A stretch of DNA of 32,000 nucleotides from Pyrobaculum aerophilum str. IM2. GTDB taxonomy: Archaea > Thermoproteota > Thermoprotei > Thermoproteales > Thermoproteaceae. The notes beneath the pieces are model-generated. The model was not told the DNA's origin and did not search any database. It saw only the letters and a program-made list of their open reading frames with translations. Where the stretch lies: assembly GCF_000007225.1 (NCBI RefSeq), contig NC_003364.1, forward strand, positions 1,860,001-1,892,000, read 5' to 3'. Both the position numbers and the translations under genes were made by a program. Numbering within the stretch: position 1 is the stretch's first letter; each line of letters starts with the position of its first letter. This document shows positions 24,181 to 32,000 of this stretch, piece by piece.

Positions 24181-24657
24181 GTGTTTATGTTAGTGAGACT
24201 TACAGAAACTGAGAGGAAAGTCGCCGAACTGTACGCAAAGGGGATGCGGCCCAGAGAGATAGCAGATAGGCTGGGAATATCTATTAACACTGTTTATAAG
24301 GCTTTGTCAAAGGCCAGGAAGACCATGGAGGCAGAAAGCCCCCCCGCCGCGCCTCATTATTACGCGTTCACAACTGTGGTATATGTCTATCCCAGCCTCC
24401 AGCAGACGCTTAGAATTTCGTTAACAGCCGCGGGGACTGTTAGTATGCACGACATATACGACGTTGTATTGAAAAAACTAGACGAGATCCTCACGTTGTT
24501 AAAAGGCAGTGGACAAACGAGGCGCCTCAGCGAGCCAAAGGCCGGGGCCGAGGGGAATGGCCACAGTGACGGCAAATATGTGCCAAAGGACGATCATATG
24601 CCAGAGGCGTTGAGGCGCAACGTGTGGATCTCCCTGTTGCGCAGTAAGGCTACCTAG
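24181..24657 (+). CDS. LuxR/GerE- or sigma-70-region-4-like HTH protein with an unassigned C-terminal domain (158 aa)
   Basis: LTETERKVAELYAKGMRPREIADRLGISINTVYKALSKARKTM is a classic tetrahelical HTH_LuxR / sigma-r4 pattern. The C-terminal ~100 aa are unassigned. The start could instead be ATG 24187. Confidence 0.6.
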   Translation: MFMLVRLTETERKVAELYAKGMRPREIADRLGISINTVYKALSKARKTMEAESPPAAPHYYAFTTVVYVYPSLQQTLRISLTAAGTVSMHDIYDVVLKKLDEILTLLKGSGQTRRLSEPKAGAEGNGHSDGKYVPKDDHMPEALRRNVWISLLRSKAT

Positions 24658-25849
24658 CGACTATTTTTAAAACAAGGCCGTGTGTAACAGGCTCATCTGA
24701 GGCGAGCCTCCGCCCGCTCCGCACGTCTATTGCCGTTATGAACCTATCGCCGAGTTCTGTATGTATTGTGTAGGCGACGTCTCTGGCGGTGTAAGTATGC
24801 GGCACTAGCAATATGTCCGGAAGGACGTTGCCGTTTTTATCGCTAAGCCTTCTCTCATCCTCCACGGGGTACACCGCTACGTAACGAAGCGCTTTAAACA
24901 CAGCGGCGTTTATGGCCTGCACTACCCCCGTCCCTCCCCATTTTTTCATAACCTCGGCGATTTTGTCTAACACGGCCCTCTGCTGGGCCGTTAACTCCCC
25001 CGTGATTTCAAACTTATCATCCCCCGGCTTATATTTAATTAACCCCTTAGAGGCTGCCCTCCGGAGGGCCAGCTCGGCCTCCGCCGAGGTCGGAATAATT
25101 ATCCTGTCGGGATACGCCTCTCTCAGCCTTTTGTACCCCTCCTCGCCCTCTGGGAGGTCAATTTTATTGGCGGCTATTACAATTGGCTTGCTGAGAGATC
25201 TAACTGAGTGTGAAAACTTGTAAAAATCCTCCTCCCCCCACTTACTTGGCGGCCTCTTTGCCAAGCCCGCAACCTCAAGCGCCTTCTCCACATGTACACG
25301 CCCCATGCCCAACCCAGCCAGTTTTTCGAGCAAGACCTCTACGATGTCACGCTTGCTGAACTCAACAAATCTAACTACCTTATCCCAATCTCTTTTTATT
25401 ATCGACGCAATCCACATGTCCACCTCCCTCTCCAGAAACTCCACGTCCTTTAACGGGTCGTGAGAGCCGGGCTTCACCAGCCTCCCCTCCTCGTCAGTAG
25501 AGCCTGAGGCGTCTACCACGTGAATTAACACGGGGGCTCTTCGTAAGTGGTCTAAAAACTGGTTCCCCAGCCCTCTGCCTTGCCAAGCCCCCGGCACAAG
25601 CCCTGCCACGTCGATAAGCTCTACAGGGGCGTAACACACCCCCTCCACGACAACGTAGCTTTTCGGGTTGCACGCCACGCTCTTACACGGACAATCGTCA
25701 ATTCTCACGTAGCCAACGCCGATATTGGGATCAATGGTTGTGAAAGGAGTAGGCGAGATTTTCACGTCTTTTAAAGTCGCCGCGGCGAAAAATGTGGACT
25801 TGCCGGCGTTAGGTTTGCCTATTATTGCGACTTGAACTTTAGTTTTCAT
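24650..25849 (-). CDS. Obg-family GTPase/ATPase of the YchF/OLA1 type with a C-terminal TGS domain
   Basis: G1 IIGKPNAGKST, G2 FTTIDPN, G3 LIDVAGLV, G4 AANKIDL, and a C-terminal TGS-like region RFITAIDVRSGRRLASDEPVTHGLVLKIV. Confidence 0.85.
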   Translation of the reverse strand: MKTKVQVAIIGKPNAGKSTFFAAATLKDVKISPTPFTTIDPNIGVGYVRIDDCPCKSVACNPKSYVVVEGVCYAPVELIDVAGLVPGAWQGRGLGNQFLDHLRRAPVLIHVVDASGSTDEEGRLVKPGSHDPLKDVEFLEREVDMWIASIIKRDWDKVVRFVEFSKRDIVEVLLEKLAGLGMGRVHVEKALEVAGLAKRPPSKWGEEDFYKFSHSVRSLSKPIVIAANKIDLPEGEEGYKRLREAYPDRIIIPTSAEAELALRRAASKGLIKYKPGDDKFEITGELTAQQRAVLDKIAEVMKKWGGTGVVQAINAAVFKALRYVAVYPVEDERRLSDKNGNVLPDILLVPHTYTARDVAYTIHTELGDRFITAIDVRSGRRLASDEPVTHGLVLKIVAR

Positions 25850-26155
25850 GGAATTATATTGCTTGTTAAAAATTTAGCAACTACGAATCCGAGCGTCAAG
25901 CCGTTTTGGCAGGATACGGCGAAAGATTCGCAAAACCGCTAATCGGCGAGTACACCCTTAGGAGGGCCTGAGAAAAAGGCCATATACAGGATGGGCGACA
26001 AGATGGCCGCGTTTTACGTATTTGACACGCCCCATGGCGTATACCTAAGGCCAGAAATCAAGCTTGTGTACGACTGGATTAAAGTGGCGCGCAAGGGCGA
26101 TGAGAGCGGTTAGGGTGACGCGTACAAAAATAAAGTCCTCAATTGGACTACCATC

Positions 26156-27397
26156 GTGTATTATAGAGGTAGTTTATTAATGCGTAATATTGCGTTGGCC
26201 GCTTTAATTATTGCGCTGTTTGTTCTGAGCCCGGCGGTAGGGGCGCTGGCGGCGTTTCTGTTATTGGCGAGGCGGCATTTAGCCGTTTATATCAACCTCT
26301 GGACGCGCCTCTTGAAGTGCGATCTTTACACGCCGTTTATAACTTCACTGGGCTTTATAATTACTGCCGCATCGCCGTACACCGGCCTATCCAAAACCCT
26401 CCTCATCGCCCTCGCTTTCTTTTCCCTATACCTAACTCCATTAATGCCGCGCGCCGCCAGGGCGTTTTCAATTATAACAGCTGGGCTATCCGTTGCGGCT
26501 CCTGCGAAGCCTCTTGTCGTATTGGGGGCGGTCGGCTTGGCCTATTTCGCCTACAAGGCCAGCGGATGCGGTTATGTCTGTCTTAAGTCCTCTGCGCTTC
26601 CAAAGGGGGAGTTGGCTTATCTGCCCGAGCTGGGCGTTACATGTGCCTTTATTAAAGGCGGTGTAGATGTGGGGAGGGCGTGGCTGGTAATAGGCAGTAA
26701 GTACGCGCGGTGTATTTACGCCCTGTGTTATTCAGTGGACGAGGCGACGTTTAAAAGAGGCATTGGCGACGTTACTAAGTACCTCCCAGAGCCGTCCGCT
26801 GAAGATCTGCGCGGGCCTATATATACAGTGGCGTCTTTAGAGGAGGCCTTGAAGGTGGTGAAAAAGTATTTTCAAACTGTAGTAATCTTGTCCGACGAGG
26901 TGATTGTGGCGAGGCCAGCTCGTTTAATTTCCGTGGCAAAGGTGAAGCCCGACATCGCGGCCGAGGTCTTCGCCAAGATCTATGGACTGACCGCTGAGCA
27001 ACGGGCGTTGGCGGAAGAGCTGTTGAGGAGGAGGTCAAGGGAGGAGCTGATAATGTGGTCGCAGCGATACCCGTGGCTTAAACCGCTGTTAGAGCTGTGG
27101 GAGGGCGGCGAGGAGCCCGTGGGCGTCGTGAAGAGCAGTGCCCCGGGGAAGGCGGCTGTGGTGGACTCGCTCCTCTACGCGTATACAGTAGGAGCTCCGT
27201 TGTTAACTAATAACGAAAACGCCTTTAGGCTGGCGGCCGAGCTCGGCGTCACTGCCCTTCTCATAACTAATAAAGCCAGGGGGAATTTCATCGCAATTGG
27301 GCCCGCGGCTGTGACGTTGCAAGAGGGGGCTATCGAAGTGGGGGCGGGGCGGTTTATATTTTATAAAGGAGGCGCGCTTTTCGGCGGCGAGATATAA
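26156..27397 (+). CDS. Hypothetical protein: N-terminal ~4-TM membrane domain plus a cytoplasmic domain (413 aa)
   Basis: The GTG start lies 26 nt downstream of ACAAAAATAAAG. The N-terminal ~140 aa are hydrophobic. The C-terminal segment GKAAVVDSLLYAYTVGAPLLTNNENAFRLAAELGV faintly recalls the end of a PIN domain with the acidic residues replaced; this resemblance is unverified. Confidence 0.55.
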   Translation: MYYRGSLLMRNIALAALIIALFVLSPAVGALAAFLLLARRHLAVYINLWTRLLKCDLYTPFITSLGFIITAASPYTGLSKTLLIALAFFSLYLTPLMPRAARAFSIITAGLSVAAPAKPLVVLGAVGLAYFAYKASGCGYVCLKSSALPKGELAYLPELGVTCAFIKGGVDVGRAWLVIGSKYARCIYALCYSVDEATFKRGIGDVTKYLPEPSAEDLRGPIYTVASLEEALKVVKKYFQTVVILSDEVIVARPARLISVAKVKPDIAAEVFAKIYGLTAEQRALAEELLRRRSREELIMWSQRYPWLKPLLELWEGGEEPVGVVKSSAPGKAAVVDSLLYAYTVGAPLLTNNENAFRLAAELGVTALLITNKARGNFIAIGPAAVTLQEGAIEVGAGRFIFYKGGALFGGEI

Positions 27398-27426
27398 TTT
27401 TTATAAAGTGAGTCATCTGTTATATT

Positions 27427-29397
27427 GTGTTGAAGAGAGAAGAAGTGGAAAGTCTTGTTGAAAAACCTGCGCCGCAATTCGTCAGGGATGTGTTGGAGCA
27501 CCCCCCGTTTAGAGTAACGCCTAATACGACGCTGGAGACGCTAGTGTCATATCTCAGGAAGTTTCCAGTGGACGTAGTGCCGGTGTTTAAGTCGGTATTC
27601 TCAGATGAAATCGCCGGCGTCGTGTACCCCCACACAGGGCTTTTGATAAAGAGCAAAAAACTAGACGTAAAAATAAGAGACTTCATAAACTCCCCTATTA
27701 TAGTGAAGGAGAGTTGGAAAATAGACAACGTTTTAGAAATTCTTGCTAGCGAAGCCAAATGGGGCGCCGTAGTTATTGACGAAGAGGGGAAGTACGTCGG
27801 CGTTGTCACACTCAGAGGCCTCCTCTCGGCGTTGTTATTGAGAGAGCCGAAGGCGAAGTCTGTGGCGGCTGTGTACACCCCCGTTGAGGAGAAAAAATCG
27901 AGAGTAGGCTATGTCAAGGCAATTGAAAGACTGTCGAAAATCTTCAAGAAACTGGCCGGGGGCGAGGTAGAGGGATACGTCGTTTTAAATAGAGAAGGGG
28001 GGGTGGCCGGGCTGCTCACCGTATGGGATTTAATTAAATCGCGTAGGTGGTTTAAAGGCGGAGGAGAGCCGAGGCCGATATTCGGCAGGGGGGCGGCGAG
28101 GGGCGAGGGGAGGGCCGTCGGCGTGGCGAGAGTGTGGAGGCTGATGTTTAGAGGAGTCGCCGTGGCCTCCCCCGACACCCCGGTAGACGAGGTGGCGAGG
28201 TATATGGCAACTACGGGCTTATACCTCGTCCCCGTGGTTGATAAGGAGGGCAAGGCCATTGGGGCAGTAACGGCGTGGGACGTCATATACGCCTACCTCT
28301 ACGGGCCTAAAGAGGGCAGAGAGGACGTGGAGGTTAAGAGGGCGGTTGAGATCCCCGTCGCCAAGCCTCAAGTAGAGGAGGCGATTAGGCTAAGGCCTTC
28401 TAGACACGTAACTGGCCTCAGGGCGCGCGACGTAATGCTTACTGACATTCCGGCGGTAAACATGAGGGATACCCTCTCGAGAATACGTAAAGTATTTCTG
28501 CGCACCGGGTCTAATATACTCGCCGTAGTTGACGACGAGGGCAGAGTTGTTGGCTTTGTCACAAGGAGGGACTACGTGACGTACATAGCTGAGAAGTCTC
28601 TTGGGTATTGGAAGAGACAGAAGGGCAAGTGGCTAATTCTGAGGGAACAGGCAATGCCTGGCGAGCAGGCCAAGGTGTTAGTTGAAGAGGGCACAGCCGC
28701 CGACGTTATGAAGAGCGAATACCCAACGGCCAGCCCCGACACTACTGTGGAGGAGATAGCTTATAAAATGCTAGCCGCCGGCACTGACTATGTAGTGATA
28801 GTCGACGAGAAAAACGCCCCCATAGGCGTTGTCACTAAAGACGAATTGCTAAAGGCGTTTAAAGAGCGCGGCAGAAGCGTGAAAGTAGGCGAGTTAATGA
28901 CGCCGGCAGACATAGCGTCTGCAGAGCTTTTCAGCAGCCTATTCTCTGTCATTAGGAAGATTAACGCCTACGAGCTAGACGGCGTGGTGGTGAAAGAGGG
29001 GGGTGACATTAGGGGCATCGTGACCGTCGACGATTTGTCGCTGAGGCCAGTGGAGGAGAGCTTGAGGGGAGAGAGGTTAGTGTTCTTTACAAAATCCGGA
29101 GTGTTGAGGAGGGTAAGGGCGGGTTTAAGCAGGCTGAGATACTCAAAAGCCGGCGCCTTAATGGCCTTAGACGTAATGAGGCCTTTTGACCACGCCACAA
29201 ACCCCGACGCAGACGCAAGAGAGGTAGTAGACAGACTGCTGGAACAGGGCGTCCTGCCGGTAGTGGGAGACGACGGGAGGCTTATCGGCGTGCTTAACAA
29301 AATGGACGTTGTCAAGGAGCTGGCCAGAGTCTACATCACTTACGCAATGCCTGAGAGGCTAAAAGAGGCTGAGAGGGTTGAAGTAAAGAGCAAATAG
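27427..29397 (+). CDS. Multi-CBS-domain protein (656 aa; tandem Bateman modules, no recognisable catalytic domain)
   Basis: Repeated CBS signatures occur along the whole length: hydrophobic-x-x-hydrophobic-PV(V/F)D..G..(I/V)G(V/I)(V/L)T..D(L/V). Examples are VPVVDKEGKAIGAVTAWDV, LAVVDDEGRVVGFVTRRDY, VVIVDEKNAPIGVVTKDEL and LPVVGDDGRLIGVLNKMDV. Confidence 0.8.
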   Translation: MLKREEVESLVEKPAPQFVRDVLEHPPFRVTPNTTLETLVSYLRKFPVDVVPVFKSVFSDEIAGVVYPHTGLLIKSKKLDVKIRDFINSPIIVKESWKIDNVLEILASEAKWGAVVIDEEGKYVGVVTLRGLLSALLLREPKAKSVAAVYTPVEEKKSRVGYVKAIERLSKIFKKLAGGEVEGYVVLNREGGVAGLLTVWDLIKSRRWFKGGGEPRPIFGRGAARGEGRAVGVARVWRLMFRGVAVASPDTPVDEVARYMATTGLYLVPVVDKEGKAIGAVTAWDVIYAYLYGPKEGREDVEVKRAVEIPVAKPQVEEAIRLRPSRHVTGLRARDVMLTDIPAVNMRDTLSRIRKVFLRTGSNILAVVDDEGRVVGFVTRRDYVTYIAEKSLGYWKRQKGKWLILREQAMPGEQAKVLVEEGTAADVMKSEYPTASPDTTVEEIAYKMLAAGTDYVVIVDEKNAPIGVVTKDELLKAFKERGRSVKVGELMTPADIASAELFSSLFSVIRKINAYELDGVVVKEGGDIRGIVTVDDLSLRPVEESLRGERLVFFTKSGVLRRVRAGLSRLRYSKAGALMALDVMRPFDHATNPDADAREVVDRLLEQGVLPVVGDDGRLIGVLNKMDVVKELARVYITYAMPERLKEAERVEVKSK

Positions 29398-29400
29398 TAA

Positions 29401-31647
<2,247 letters not shown>

Positions 31648-31677
31648 AAACTTAAATAGTGAAATGTTGATAGGCAT

Positions 31678-32000
31678 ATGTCAATCTTTGACGAGTTTGA
31701 GAGATTTATGAGGAGGTGGCAGAAATTCTTCGAGGAAATTGAGAGGCAAATAGAAGAGGATTTCAGGAGATTCTCGGCACAGCCCCCTAGCTTTGGCAGC
31801 AGGCCTAGGTATTACTACTACGGCTTTGAGATAACCGTGGGCCCCGACGGCAAGCCCGTGGTGCGGGAGTTCGGCAACGTCCGCAGGAGGAGCGACGTGG
31901 AGAAAATAGAGGTAGTAGACGAAATAGATCCCCTGACTGACATAGTCGAGGAAGACGACAAAATTAAAGTGGTGGTTGACATGCCGGGCGTGGAGAAGGA
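31678..32000 (+). CDS. hsp20: Small heat-shock protein, Hsp20/alpha-crystallin family (N-terminal part; runs off the window)
   Basis: My translation from ATG 31678 is MSIFDEFERFMRRWQKFFEEIERQ...PLTDIVEEDDKIKVVVDMPGVEK. The D...VVDMPGV segment marks the start of the alpha-crystallin domain. TATA CTTAAATAG lies upstream. Confidence 0.75.
   Translation, partial: MSIFDEFERFMRRWQKFFEEIERQIEEDFRRFSAQPPSFGSRPRYYYYGFEITVGPDGKPVVREFGNVRRRSDVEKIEVVDEIDPLTDIVEEDDKIKVVVDMPGVEK

Noticed and set aside
25991-26113. 40-codon ATG ORF (MGDKMAAFYVFDTPHGVYLRPEIKLVYDWIKVARKGDESG) in the 306-bp gap between the GTPase gene and the membrane-protein gene.
   Set aside because: The composition is protein-like, but there is no TATA at leaderless spacing, no ribosome-binding site and no coupling to a neighbour. 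It is too short to judge without conservation data, so I did not report it as a feature. It is worth a tblastn check.

Overview
This 32-kb chromosomal segment reads like a hyperthermophilic crenarchaeon of the Thermoproteaceae, probably Pyrobaculum-like. That placement is inferred from three things: gene content, A/T-rich TATA boxes centred about 23-28 nt upstream of most start codons (leaderless mRNAs), and compact 48-49-nt C/D box sRNAs. About 36 protein genes are tightly packed on both strands.

Recognisable genes:
- a penicillin-acylase-family hydrolase (partial at the 5' edge, missing from the ORF track)
- TruD
- ribosomal protein uL14
- S-adenosylhomocysteine hydrolase
- a single-domain KaiC/RecA-like ATPase in an operon with an HTH protein and a B3/B4-domain protein
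- a COG2403 / cyclic-2,3-diphosphoglycerate-synthetase-like P-loop protein
- a metallophosphoesterase
- a CPFC thioredoxin-fold protein
- class II (B12) ribonucleotide reductase
- SerRS
- UMP kinase
- a HIT hydrolase
- a YchF/Obg-type GTPase
- a multi-CBS protein
- Cdc48/VCP
- an Hsp20 (partial at the 3' edge)

No rRNA, tRNA, CRISPR array, transposase or integrase was recognised.

Four things are not explained by the ORF track:
- (i) four C/D box sRNA genes with the same box/spacer architecture, sitting in short intergenic gaps
- (ii) a K-turn-containing hairpin sRNA candidate followed by a 14-nt tail, ACA and T6
- (iii) a ~500-bp structured gene-free gap upstream of the KaiC-like operon
- (iv) a low-GC three-gene island (1604-4431) of secreted/membrane ORFans, in which two ORFs are separated by a single in-frame TAA

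I found no convincing known defence or mobile system. The island and the non-coding RNAs are the best candidates for something undescribed, and every functional reading of them is inference.
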